The notes below the pieces were generated by a model that saw only the letters and a program-made list of their open reading frames with translations, searched no databases and was not told the DNA's origin. From contig JBKHIT010000009.1 in the NCBI GenBank assembly GCA_046538485.1, positions 1 to 64,000 on the forward strand: DNA of 64,000 nucleotides, in the 5' to 3' direction. The DNA is from Candidatus Brocadiia bacterium. GTDB taxonomy: Bacteria > Planctomycetota > Brocadiia > SM23-32. Below are positions 40,879-50,813 of the stretch, piece by piece. The translations under genes and the position numbers were made by a program. Within the stretch, counting starts at the first letter, position 1, and each line of letters opens with the position of its first letter.

Positions 40879-41832
40879 ATGCGTTTTGTGAAGCGAACTA
40901 TCTTTGTATTAATAGCTTTGGGAACCGCGGTGCTGCTTCTTCTGGCGGGATTGTTACGTAATCCCATGTGGGCCATATCGTCGGGGGCAGGGGCCGGAGT
41001 GGGGCTGTTTATTCTGGCGGTAAGCCTGCTTTGGCGATCGATGGAGGGGGGGCCGGATGCAAAAGAGATCCACAAGCGTATAAACCAGGGTCAGCTTGAT
41101 CGCATTCGTGAATTGATCCAGAAAAAAGCTCGCCTTTTATCAGCCGCTGATGACCATGGAGGTACTCCTCTTCACCGGGCGGCGCTGGAAGGACAGGTGG
41201 AGATATGCCGTTTCCTGATTGAGAAAAAGGCCGATGTCTCCGCTCGCGAGTCTTTATTCGGTTTTACCCCATTGCATATGGCAGCCTGCCGGGGGCATAC
41301 ACCAACCGTTGCGGCCATGCATCCAGAGATGACGCGTTGTCACTGGGAATCAGGAGCAGCGGGGAGTGAGAACGCCGAAGTGGCTGAAATTCTGCTGCAA
41401 GCTGGAGCCGATCCGAATGTGCGAGCTGGATTCCGCCGAACGGCACTCCATCTTGCAGCACTGTCCGGGGATTCAGAAACCGTGATGTCATTGCTGAAAA
41501 GGGGGGTGAAGGTCCAGCCAACCGATGGGTTGGATTTTACCCCCCTGCACTATGCTGCTTACGGAAACCACGGTGAGGCAGCCCAGTTGATACTGGAAGC
41601 GGGCGCCGATCCAAATACCCGGGCCGATTGCGGTTTTGCTCCCCTCCACACAGCAGCGGAACGAAATTCTACCGAAGTGGCTCGGATGCTCCTGGAACAG
41701 GGCGCGAGTGTCAATTTGTTAACCGATCACAGCTGTACTCCAGTCACACTGGCGGCGAGAAGGGGCCATGAGGAGCTTGTGGAATTATTGCGAAAATACG
41801 GCGGTAAAGCTAAAATAGCCGGTGAGACCTGA
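40879..41832 (+). CDS. Membrane-anchored ankyrin repeat protein
   Basis: Two N-terminal hydrophobic helices; repeated TPLH.AA motifs. Confidence 0.92.
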   Translation: MRFVKRTIFVLIALGTAVLLLLAGLLRNPMWAISSGAGAGVGLFILAVSLLWRSMEGGPDAKEIHKRINQGQLDRIRELIQKKARLLSAADDHGGTPLHRAALEGQVEICRFLIEKKADVSARESLFGFTPLHMAACRGHTPTVAAMHPEMTRCHWESGAAGSENAEVAEILLQAGADPNVRAGFRRTALHLAALSGDSETVMSLLKRGVKVQPTDGLDFTPLHYAAYGNHGEAAQLILEAGADPNTRADCGFAPLHTAAERNSTEVARMLLEQGASVNLLTDHSCTPVTLAARRGHEELVELLRKYGGKAKIAGET

Positions 41833-42004
41833 AAAACTTATCCTGGTTCATCAGAGCGGGAGATAGACCTCCTTCCTTTAATAATTTCTTGCAGGTGTTT
41901 TCCTATCTATTTGTGAGCTCTCCTCATGACTGGCAGAAAAACACGAGAGCGATTAGAATACCGCCAACCCGCAGATGTGAATCCGCCTGATGGTAAAAAG
42001 AGCA

Positions 42005-43528
42005 ATGGTCGACACGTTTTTTAGCGCGAAAGATATCTCCAAGGAATTTTCTGGCAAACGTGTCCTTGATGGGGTTAATGTGTCGCTCACTGAGGGCGAA
42101 GTGCTTGGACTTATAGGCGAAAATGGGGCAGGGAAATCAACGCTTCTCAAAATCATCAGTGGCATCTACCAACCAACTGAGGGGGAAATTCTTATAGAGG
42201 GACGGCCATTTGACATCGCTTCGCCATGGGTAGCACGGCGGCTGGGTATCACAATGATTCCTCAGGAATTCAATCTTGTGGACACATTGCGGGTTCACGA
42301 GAATGTGTTTCTGGGGCAGGAGCAAACGCTTGGGCCAATTCTCAAACGACGTGACATGATCGCCAGTACCAGAGAACTGCTTCAAGAACTCAATGCAGAT
42401 ATCTCACCCACGAGAGTGACCAGAAGCCTGAGCGTTGCTCAAAAACAGATGGTAGAGATTGCCAAAGCCCTCGTGCATGAATCCCGCCTGCTGATTATGG
42501 ATGAACCCACAACGGCCGTCACAGAGCGGGAAATTGAAGTGCTTTTCCGGGTAATTCGGGATTTAAGTGAGAAGGGCGTCACGGTCATTTTCGTCTCGCA
42601 TAAGCTTGGCGAAATAAAAGAACTTTGCGAAAGGGTCCTCGTTCTGAGAGACGGCAAGCAGGTGGGGCTTGACGAGACATGTCATTTGAACGAACGAAAA
42701 ATGGCCGAGATGATGGTGGGCAGAGAACTGAGCGAAGTCTTTCCAAACAAAGTGCCGAGCATGCAACAAACGAAACTGGAGGTTAAGAGTCTGAGCGTTC
42801 GTGGCGTTATTCATGATATCAGTTTCGACGTGAAAAAGGGCGAAATTCTGGGTATAGCAGGATTGGTCGGAGCCGGACGTACGGAACTGGCGGAAGCTAT
42901 TGTAGGACTTCGCAAGAAATCTGCAGGCGAGATTTATATCGACGGTGAGCGGTGTCGAATAAAAAAACTTGCCGACGCTGTTCGGCACGGGCTGGCTTAT
43001 CTGTCGGAGGACCGTCAGGGGAAAGGCATACTTCGTGGATTCGCGTTGCCAGCCAACATTTCGTTGATTTCGCTGGCGCAGTACTCTCGATGGGGATTTG
43101 TGGATAAAACCTCTGAAAAGGCCAGTGCTCAAGAGCATGTCGAAAAATTTAACATAAGGGCTCCATCTCTTGGCGCCAAACTCCGGTATCTGAGCGGTGG
43201 TAACCAGCAAAAGGCCTATCTGGCAAAATGGATGGATACCGAACCGCGCATCATGATTCTGGATGAACCGACCCGGGGGATCGACGTTCAGGCGAAACGA
43301 GAGATATATCGGTTTATCCACAATCTTACCAATTCGGGAATTGGCTGCGTCGTGATTTCGTCCGAGCTTGAAGAAATAATCGGTATGTGCAACCGGGTTC
43401 TTGTGATGCGTGAGGGGAAGGCTGCCGGCATACTTGATTCCGACAAAATTTCGGAAGAACAAATCATGTATCTTGCAACAGGTGTTGAAGGTGCAACGGT
43501 GAGCGGCGGATCATACAACGTCGATTGA
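42005..43528 (+). CDS. Sugar ABC transporter ATP-binding protein (RbsA/MglA-like)
   Basis: GENGAGKST, MDEPT, LSGGNQQK and LDEPTRGID motifs. Confidence 0.96.
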   Translation: MVDTFFSAKDISKEFSGKRVLDGVNVSLTEGEVLGLIGENGAGKSTLLKIISGIYQPTEGEILIEGRPFDIASPWVARRLGITMIPQEFNLVDTLRVHENVFLGQEQTLGPILKRRDMIASTRELLQELNADISPTRVTRSLSVAQKQMVEIAKALVHESRLLIMDEPTTAVTEREIEVLFRVIRDLSEKGVTVIFVSHKLGEIKELCERVLVLRDGKQVGLDETCHLNERKMAEMMVGRELSEVFPNKVPSMQQTKLEVKSLSVRGVIHDISFDVKKGEILGIAGLVGAGRTELAEAIVGLRKKSAGEIYIDGERCRIKKLADAVRHGLAYLSEDRQGKGILRGFALPANISLISLAQYSRWGFVDKTSEKASAQEHVEKFNIRAPSLGAKLRYLSGGNQQKAYLAKWMDTEPRIMILDEPTRGIDVQAKREIYRFIHNLTNSGIGCVVISSELEEIIGMCNRVLVMREGKAAGILDSDKISEEQIMYLATGVEGATVSGGSYNVD

Positions 43529-43539
43529 GGTATTCGTCA

Positions 43540-44493
43540 ATGGAATTGCAGAAAGCACGTGACTTTGATTATACGAAGATCGCACCTTTTGTGGCTCTTG
43601 CGGTTCTGATTGCTGTTTCTGCGACCATGAGCGAGCATTTCTTGAAACCTCAGAATCTCCTCAATGTACTTCGCCAGGTGTCGTTCACTGGCGTGATAGC
43701 GCTGGGGATGACCTTTGTCATTATAGGGGGAGGTATCGATCTGTCCGTGGGATCGGCTGTTGCCTTCGCGGGGGCGATTGGCCTGATGGCGATGAATTCC
43801 GTTGGAGACGGCGTAGTGGCGGTCCTGGCAGGCATTGGGGCCGCCGTTGGAGTGGGAAGCGCCTGTGGTGCGTTCAACGGAATACTCGTGGCGAAAGGTA
43901 GAGTTGCTCCGTTCATTGCTACGCTCGGGACGATGTCCATTTTCCGCTCCCTGACGCTTCATATCTGTCAAGCTGGGGAGGTGCGCGCGAATAACGCTTT
44001 GTTCCAGAAACTTGGCGCGGGAACTTTCCTCTGGGTTCCGGTCCCCGCGTGGGCCTTCCTTATTCTGGCGGTCCTTTTTCACATCTTGCTTACGAAAACG
44101 CGTTTTGGACGTTATGTTTATGCGGTTGGAGCGAACGAAACTGTGGCACGGTACTCTGCTATCAAGGTCGGATGGATCAAAATGGGGACCTACGCTCTGA
44201 CCGGGCTTGCCGTTGCCATAAGTGCAATTTTGCTCTCTTCTCGTCTCAACTCGATAAGTTCCACGGGAAGTGGGCAGTTTTATGAGCTCGATGCAATCGC
44301 CGCAGTTGTCATAGGAGGAACGGTTATGTCAGGCGGTGAAGGTACAATTTACGGAACGGTTGTCGGGGCTATCGTTCTGGGTATTATCAGCAATATGCTG
44401 AACCTTATAGGTGTTTCTACCTACTTGCAGGGCACAGTGCGAGGATTAGTTATAATCGGTGCAGTCCTGCTTCAGTACAAAAAAGGCGACTGA
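43540..44493 (+). CDS. Sugar ABC transporter permease (RbsC-like)
   Basis: GGIDLSVGS, FIATLGTM and YELDAIAAVVIGG motifs. Confidence 0.96.
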   Translation: MELQKARDFDYTKIAPFVALAVLIAVSATMSEHFLKPQNLLNVLRQVSFTGVIALGMTFVIIGGGIDLSVGSAVAFAGAIGLMAMNSVGDGVVAVLAGIGAAVGVGSACGAFNGILVAKGRVAPFIATLGTMSIFRSLTLHICQAGEVRANNALFQKLGAGTFLWVPVPAWAFLILAVLFHILLTKTRFGRYVYAVGANETVARYSAIKVGWIKMGTYALTGLAVAISAILLSSRLNSISSTGSGQFYELDAIAAVVIGGTVMSGGEGTIYGTVVGAIVLGIISNMLNLIGVSTYLQGTVRGLVIIGAVLLQYKKGD

Positions 44494-44603
44494 CACAAAA
44501 CAGGGGATCGGAACATCCCTGGATCGACTTGACATACATGACTGTCCCAATCAATATTAACCATTCTGGGACCAATTTTAAACCCGCGATTAAGGAGGAT
44601 AAG

Positions 44604-45665
44604 ATGAGAGGAAAAGTATACACGGCAATTTTTGTGAGTGTGATCATTCTCCCCCTTTTAATGTTAGTTTCAGGGGGTTGTGAACGATCGGAAGAGTCTT
44701 CGAGTTCCGCCGACGCGAGCGTAAGAGGTTCTTCAGAAAATGGTGGCGTGCGCAATCCGGAAGCATCGAAACCTGTAACCATCGGAGTCTCCATACCGAC
44801 GGCCGATCATGGCTGGACCGGTGGTGTGGTTTGGTGGACGAAAAACGCGATAAAAGATTGGAAGGACAAAGATCCTCACGTGACCTTTCACCTGGCAACT
44901 GCTAATTCGCCCGACAGGCAGGTTAACGATGTCGAAGACCTGATGATTAAAGATATCGACGCCCTGGTAATCTTACCGCACGATTCGGCTCCGCTGACAC
45001 CTGTGGTGGAGGAAGCTCACAAGAAAGGCATTTACGTGGTCGTGATCGATCGTGGTCTCACCAAGCCCGTCTCCGACGTCTACGTTGCGGGCGATAATCC
45101 GGGTCTGGGGCGCGTAAGTGCCCAATGGATGGCCGAGCGCCTGAATGGTAAAGGAAAACTGGTTGTCCTGGAAGGCATTCCTTGTGTGATTAATAAAGAA
45201 CGTGTCAATGCGTTTAATGAAGTTATGAAAGAATATCCTGACATTGAGATCATGGATTCGCAGCCAGCGTACTGGAGTACCCAAAAGGGACTGGAAATAA
45301 TGGAAAATTACGTCCAGAAATACGATCACATCGATGCCGTGTGGGCGCAGGATGACGATGTGTTGAAAGGCGTACTCCAGGCATATAAAGAGTCCGGCCG
45401 AGATGATATTAAATTTTTCCTCGGTGGGGCAGGATCAAAACACATGATCAAAAAAGTGATGGAAGGCAGCGAGCTTGTACCGGCGGACGTAACTTACCCG
45501 CCTTCGATGGCAGCAACCGCCGTTAGCCTGGCTGTCAAAGGATTAAGAAACCAGCCTCTGGATGGGTTTTACCAACAGAAAATTCCGTCGAAAATTATCC
45601 TTGCTGCGGAACTCGTAACGGAGGAGAATGCGGAGGATTATTATTTTCCTGACGCGATTTATTAA
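44604..45665 (+). CDS. Sugar ABC transporter substrate-binding lipoprotein
   Basis: AAGGAGG SD, lipobox GGC, PTADHGW, VIDR and WAQDDD motifs. Confidence 0.93.
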   Translation: MRGKVYTAIFVSVIILPLLMLVSGGCERSEESSSSADASVRGSSENGGVRNPEASKPVTIGVSIPTADHGWTGGVVWWTKNAIKDWKDKDPHVTFHLATANSPDRQVNDVEDLMIKDIDALVILPHDSAPLTPVVEEAHKKGIYVVVIDRGLTKPVSDVYVAGDNPGLGRVSAQWMAERLNGKGKLVVLEGIPCVINKERVNAFNEVMKEYPDIEIMDSQPAYWSTQKGLEIMENYVQKYDHIDAVWAQDDDVLKGVLQAYKESGRDDIKFFLGGAGSKHMIKKVMEGSELVPADVTYPPSMAATAVSLAVKGLRNQPLDGFYQQKIPSKIILAAELVTEENAEDYYFPDAIY

Positions 45666-45891
45666 TATTTTTACGGTTGTTTTCCGGCTCCTCTCCGATT
45701 TGCCGCTGTTTCTCGCTCCGGCACTGGTAGAAAGAAGAATTCAAAAACAGTGAATGGGCAGAAGCGATTTCGGTTAAGGCCGTCGTGCAGATTCCATACT
45801 GACAGCGTTATAATCGTGATCGTGAAATCAGTTAAAACCAGACCACTGCGAATGGTCTGGGGACATCATACGTGGGGTGGGATCGTCGAAC

Positions 45892-45971
45892 CACTTATTG
45901 TTGTTGTAAATTCTTACATCTAAACGGCATGCCCTGTTTTACATAGCCTGCATCCGTAAGGTGCACGTTAG
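45892..45971. repeat. Copy A of an 80-bp dispersed intergenic repeat
   Basis: Ungapped match to 54179-54258, 68/80 identical by manual alignment. Confidence 0.9.
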
Positions 45972-46029
45972 AACGTGGTTTACTGAATACTTACGAATGG
46001 ATACGAGAGGGCAAATTAACGGGTATAGC

Positions 46030-46058
46030 TTGACAGGCCGGGGGTGGGCACATAGAAT
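46030..46058 (+). promoter_or_regulatory. Sigma70 promoter of the nusA-infB operon
   Basis: TTGACA-17 bp-TAGAAT. Confidence 0.8.
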
Positions 46059-46087
46059 AAAGTTAGTAGTTTGTTTCTGTTAAAAAA

Positions 46088-46159
46088 CTCCGTTTGCTCG
46101 TGCGGGCGGAGACATAGTAGTTGTGTCTCGATGGGTGGGGCCTTGTGCCCCGCATTTTT
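46088..46159 (+). promoter_or_regulatory. Structured nusA leader with attenuator-like hairpin (rimP-leader-like)
   Basis: CTCCGTTTGC/GCGGGCGGAG hairpin and GTGGGGC-CTTGT-GCCCCGC-ATTTTT terminator-like hairpin. Confidence 0.6.
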
Positions 46160-46177
46160 CTTATAGGGCGTCCTGAC

Positions 46178-47731
46178 ATGCGCGGAAAAGAAATACTCAG
46201 GCTCGTAGATGGCCTGCACAGAAATAAGGATATCGACGCCGAGATTATTTTCAAGGCCATCGAAAGCGCGCTCGAATCAGCGGCCAGGAAGCATTTTGGT
46301 TCCAGCGAAGATGTGTCGGTTGATATCGACCGGGAAACCGGCGAAGTCGAAGCCTATATTGAGGGAGAGCGGGTGGAGCCCGAAGAGCTCGGTCGGATCG
46401 CGGCCCAGACAGCGAAGCAAATCATCACTCAACGTATCCGTCAGGCCGAAAGCGAAATAATTTACGAAGAATACACTGAGAAAAAAGGGCAGCTTGTCAC
46501 CGGAACCGTGCAGAGATTCGACGGTGGAGCAACTATTATTAATCTGGAGAAGACCGAAGCAGTATTGCCCCGTTCTGAACAGATTCCGGGCGAGCACTAT
46601 CAGCCAGGAGAACGAATCCGCGGAATTGTTCTGGATGTGAGGAAATCTGGTGAACAGGCCAAAATTATCCTGTCCCGTACTCATCCGGATCTCGTTAAAC
46701 GGCTTTTCGACATAGAAGTTCCGGAAGTCGGTGAAGGAGTTGTTGTGGTGAGGCGTATCGCGCGAGAACCAGGGCAGCGGACGAAAATTGCCATGGAGAG
46801 CCTCGAGCCTCATGTCGATTGTATCGGTGCTTGTGTGGGAGTTAGAGGGACTCGAATTAAGAGCATTATTGATGAGTTGAGTGGGGAGAAAATTGACATT
46901 ATACCGTGGCGAGAAGCTCCAGAAATTCTGATTGCCGATAGTTTGAAACCAGCGGAAATCCTCCAAATGACTCTGGAGGAGGGAGAAGGTACTAAGCATG
47001 CGACGGTTGTCGTACCGGAAGACCAGCTTGCGCTGGCGATCGGACGTAAAGGTCAGAATGTCAGACTGGCAGTAAAATTAACAGGTTGGGATATTGATAT
47101 ACAACCTCCAGGGGCTCTGGAGGAAGAAGAAACCGAGGGAAAAGAGGAGGAAGAAATGGAAGAGTTGCCTGAAGAACCGGAGGCCCCGGAAGAAAAGGAA
47201 CCTGAGGAGCCTGAAACTGCTGAAGGAGAAGCGGCTCCCGTTGAAGATGAGGTGCTGGAAGAACCTGAGGTGGAAGAGGAACCTGTAACCGAAGAAGAGG
47301 TTCCCCCCGAGCAGGAAATGCAGCCTCAAGAAGAAGTTGAGGAAGACGACGCCGATGGTATCATCCCGGACTTGGAAGAACCATCCGCCGGTGAGGATCT
47401 GTCGGCTGTGGCCGAAGAAAACAATGTGCCTGAAATCCCTGTTTCGGAACTCGAACCGGCGGAAGAAGCCCCGGCGGGGCTTGACGAAACAGCGGATATA
47501 GACGAGGAGAATCTGCCGGAACTCTCAGAAGAAGCTTCGGAAGTAGAGGAAGAGATTCCGGAACTGCCTCAAGCGGAAAATCCTGAGGAGGAAACACTTG
47601 AGGCCCCCCCCCCTCAGGAAGCAGAAGAACCGACGGAACCAGAGGAAGATGTCGTTGCTGCAGAAGATGAAGAGCCAAACGGCAATGTATCTGAACCGGT
47701 TGAAACTCCCGAAGAAGACGAAGAAGGTTAA
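46178..47731 (+). CDS. nusA: Transcription termination/antitermination factor NusA with long acidic C-terminal extension
   Basis: GRIAAQTAKQ, SRTHP, AREPG.RTKIA and LAIGRKGQNVRLA motifs. Confidence 0.97.
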   Translation: MRGKEILRLVDGLHRNKDIDAEIIFKAIESALESAARKHFGSSEDVSVDIDRETGEVEAYIEGERVEPEELGRIAAQTAKQIITQRIRQAESEIIYEEYTEKKGQLVTGTVQRFDGGATIINLEKTEAVLPRSEQIPGEHYQPGERIRGIVLDVRKSGEQAKIILSRTHPDLVKRLFDIEVPEVGEGVVVVRRIAREPGQRTKIAMESLEPHVDCIGACVGVRGTRIKSIIDELSGEKIDIIPWREAPEILIADSLKPAEILQMTLEEGEGTKHATVVVPEDQLALAIGRKGQNVRLAVKLTGWDIDIQPPGALEEEETEGKEEEEMEELPEEPEAPEEKEPEEPETAEGEAAPVEDEVLEEPEVEEEPVTEEEVPPEQEMQPQEEVEEDDADGIIPDLEEPSAGEDLSAVAEENNVPEIPVSELEPAEEAPAGLDETADIDEENLPELSEEASEVEEEIPELPQAENPEEETLEAPPPQEAEEPTEPEEDVVAAEDEEPNGNVSEPVETPEEDEEG

Positions 47732-47787
47732 TCAGAGAGCAAACCTTTTCTGGAAAGTCGTAAGCTTAAGTAGATTCGGTGGATAAC

Positions 47788-50049
47788 ATGTCGGAAAACG
47801 TAAAAATTTACGAAATCGCGCGCAAGATTGGGATCTCCAGTTCTGAACTGGTGGATTTGTGCGAGCGAGCAGGGTTTGATGAAATAACGCATCACTCCAA
47901 TGCCGTTTCACCGGAAAAAGCTGAGGAAATCCGGAAGGCGGCCATCAGACTTTACAAACCAAAGGAAGAACCGGATAAGACAAAGAAGACAAAGAAGCCA
48001 AAAAAGACCAAAAAGAAAAAAAAGCCGGAGAAAAAAAGCAGGCCTATCCCGACCACCGAACATGTAAAACCTGTCGCTCCCCCTAAACCTAAAGGACGAC
48101 ACGCACCCAGGGAAAAAAAGGAAGAAGAAAAGGAATCGGGGGGACCGAAGCAAAAAGCTGCCGGCAGAGAAGAAAAGAAAAAGGAAGAAAGGGACACCGG
48201 CGAAAAAGAGGAAGAAAAAGGGGGCAAGACTACCAGAACGGTTATTTTTAAGCAGCGAGAAAAACCACCAGAGACCGAACGAGCGTCAGAAATCGAAGTG
48301 ACGCTCCCTGTTACGCTGCGAGAACTTTCAGAAAAAATGGGGGTCAGCGCAAGCGAACTTATCAAAACGCTGATGTTGGAACATCAAATTCGGGCCAACA
48401 TTAACCAGACCCTGGAGCGTGAGGTCATCGAGTTGCTCGGTCTCGAGTACGACATCGAAATCAACTTTGAGGCTGCAAAAACCGCTGAAGATATCCTTGA
48501 AGAATATATTCCCGAAGACAATCCCGACAAGATGGAAACTCGACCGCCCGTGATCGCACTCTTGGGACATGTGGATCACGGGAAAACATCTATCCTTGAT
48601 TGCGTCCGCGATACGAGTGTTGCCGAACAGGAAGACGGTGGAATTACACAGGATATTGGCGCATGGCAGATGGAATATGAAGGGCAACGCGTTACTTTTG
48701 TCGATACGCCGGGGCATGAAGCTTTCACGGCAATGCGTGCGCGGGGAGCTCAGGTTACCGATGTCGTCATCCTGGTCGTTGCCGCTGATGACGGCGTTAT
48801 GGCCCAAACTGAGGAGGCGATTTCCCATGCACGGGCGGCTGAGGTCCCAATCGTAGTGGCGTTGAATAAAATTGATAAACCAGAAGCCAACACAATGCAG
48901 GTGCTGCAACAACTTGCAAAGCACGAATTAAATGCAGAAGAATGGGGCGGCGAGACCGGATGCGTGGAAGTATGTGCCCTGACTGGTGAAGGGATCAACG
49001 AGTTGCTGGAGCGGACGCTCCTGGAAGCGGAAATCTTGGAATTGGAAGCCGATCCGACCAGACCAGCAGATGGTGCTGTTCTTGAGTCGCGAATGGAAGA
49101 AGGGCTCGGAGTGGTCGCTAACGTTATCGTGCGGGGTGGACATCTGGAACCGGGCGATATCATGGTATGTGGCCCAGCGCATGGGCGCGTTCGTTCGCTA
49201 CTGGGCCAGCGAGGACAAGAAATTTCGTACGCCGGCCCGTCCACCCCCGTGGCCGTGAGCGGTTTGGACCGCGTTCCGGAGGCGGGTGACCCGTTTGTGG
49301 TTGTCAAGGATCTGGATGTTGCCCGGGAGGTTGCTGAAGAGCGCATCGAAAAAATGGAGCAGGAAAGACGTCGGCCCAGATCCCATATCACGCTGGAAAA
49401 TCTCTACCAGAGCCTGGCGGCCGGTGAAGAAGAACAGCTCCGAGTCGTTGTCAAAGGTGACGTTAAAGGTTCTCTTGAGCCCCTCGTCAACAGTCTTGAA
49501 CAGTTAGGAACCGATGATGAAGTCAGCGTCAGAGTTCTCCACAGGGGGGTGGGCCCGGTTAATGTCAGTGATGTGTTGCTGGCGGATGCCTCAGATGCGG
49601 TCGTTATTGCTTTCCGCGTCGGTATGGAAGAACGAGCACGGGAGGAAGCCAGAGAAACGGGCGTTGATATCCGATATTTCCGCGTTATCTATGAGGCAAT
49701 TCAGGAGGTTAAAGACGCCCTTGAGGGACTTCTGGAACCCGAGCGAAGAGAAGAACGCGTCGGTGTGGCTGAGGTGCGCCAGATATTCAGAATCAGTAGT
49801 GTGGGGAATATCGCCGGATGTTACGTACGGGATGGCGTTGTTAAACGCGGAAGCCGGGTGCGACTTGTCCGCGACGGGACAGTTGTGCACGAAGGACGCA
49901 TTGAGTCTTTACGCCGCGAGAAAAACGATGCGCGGGAAGTGGAAAGTGGCTACGAGTGTGGTATAAAACTCCAGAATTATAACGATATTGAAGTCGGCGA
50001 TCTGATTGAGTGTTACACTGTTCGAGAAGTCAAACGCGCGCTGTCCTGA
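47788..50049 (+). CDS. infB: Translation initiation factor IF-2
   Basis: GHVDHGKT, DTPGHEAF, NKID and GYECGI motifs. Confidence 0.99.
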   Translation: MSENVKIYEIARKIGISSSELVDLCERAGFDEITHHSNAVSPEKAEEIRKAAIRLYKPKEEPDKTKKTKKPKKTKKKKKPEKKSRPIPTTEHVKPVAPPKPKGRHAPREKKEEEKESGGPKQKAAGREEKKKEERDTGEKEEEKGGKTTRTVIFKQREKPPETERASEIEVTLPVTLRELSEKMGVSASELIKTLMLEHQIRANINQTLEREVIELLGLEYDIEINFEAAKTAEDILEEYIPEDNPDKMETRPPVIALLGHVDHGKTSILDCVRDTSVAEQEDGGITQDIGAWQMEYEGQRVTFVDTPGHEAFTAMRARGAQVTDVVILVVAADDGVMAQTEEAISHARAAEVPIVVALNKIDKPEANTMQVLQQLAKHELNAEEWGGETGCVEVCALTGEGINELLERTLLEAEILELEADPTRPADGAVLESRMEEGLGVVANVIVRGGHLEPGDIMVCGPAHGRVRSLLGQRGQEISYAGPSTPVAVSGLDRVPEAGDPFVVVKDLDVAREVAEERIEKMEQERRRPRSHITLENLYQSLAAGEEEQLRVVVKGDVKGSLEPLVNSLEQLGTDDEVSVRVLHRGVGPVNVSDVLLADASDAVVIAFRVGMEERAREEARETGVDIRYFRVIYEAIQEVKDALEGLLEPERREERVGVAEVRQIFRISSVGNIAGCYVRDGVVKRGSRVRLVRDGTVVHEGRIESLRREKNDAREVESGYECGIKLQNYNDIEVGDLIECYTVREVKRALS

Positions 50050-50088
50050 TTCCGGGCCATCAGGGGGCCTTGCAGGAGTGATCCGACC

Positions 50089-50376
50089 GTGGTTGTGGGA
50101 ATACTTGATATCAAACTCGCCTTGCGCCAGTGCCGGTCCCTCAAGAACAAACGGCGCATTTTGAACAGTTTGAAAGACCGTTTGTGCAATAAACATAATG
50201 TGAGTGTTTCGGAAGTAGATAAGCAGGATTTCTGCCAGACGGCGCATGTGGCGGTGGCTCAGGTCTCATCAGACGCTCGATATGTGCGGGGTTCGCTGGA
50301 AAAGGTGGTAAAAATGGTCCGCAAGTTTCGTGGCGCACAACTGACGGATTATAGTATCGAAGTTTTCCATCAGTAA
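50089..50376 (+). CDS. DUF503 (YlxP-like) protein
   Basis: SLKNKRR...NVSVSEV; conserved position between infB and rbfA. Confidence 0.88.
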   Translation: MVVGILDIKLALRQCRSLKNKRRILNSLKDRLCNKHNVSVSEVDKQDFCQTAHVAVAQVSSDARYVRGSLEKVVKMVRKFRGAQLTDYSIEVFHQ

Positions 50377-50393
50377 ACCTACCGAAGGATTGC

Positions 50394-50774
50394 ATGATGG
50401 TTACAAGAAAACACAGAGAAAAAGAAGAACTTCTCCGCCGTGAAATCAGCAGTATCATTTTGCGAGAGCTCAATGATCCCCGGTTGGGATTCGCAACGGT
50501 CACCCGAGTTACGGCGGACGGAGAATTCCGGACGGCCAAAGTGTACCTTATGTTGCGTGGTTCAGAAAAAGAATGTCAACAAACAATTAACGTTCTCGCT
50601 CATGCTCGTGGCCGTATCCAGGGCCTTGTGGCGAGCCGTATCAAATTGCGTAATACACCGGTGCTGGAATTTGTTGAAGATGAGGAAATGCTTGAGGCCC
50701 TCCGTGTGGACCGGCTGATTGACGAGGTTATGGAGGAGCAGCGGAAACGTAAGCAGAAGACGGATGATGAATAA
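50394..50774 (+). CDS. rbfA: 30S ribosome-binding factor A
   Basis: LNDPRLGFATVTRV, AKVY and LRNTPVLEF motifs. Confidence 0.93.
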   Translation: MMVTRKHREKEELLRREISSIILRELNDPRLGFATVTRVTADGEFRTAKVYLMLRGSEKECQQTINVLAHARGRIQGLVASRIKLRNTPVLEFVEDEEMLEALRVDRLIDEVMEEQRKRKQKTDDE

Positions 50775-50813
50775 TAGAGTCGCAAGCGAGACGGCATAGC
50801 GAGGTAATAAAAA

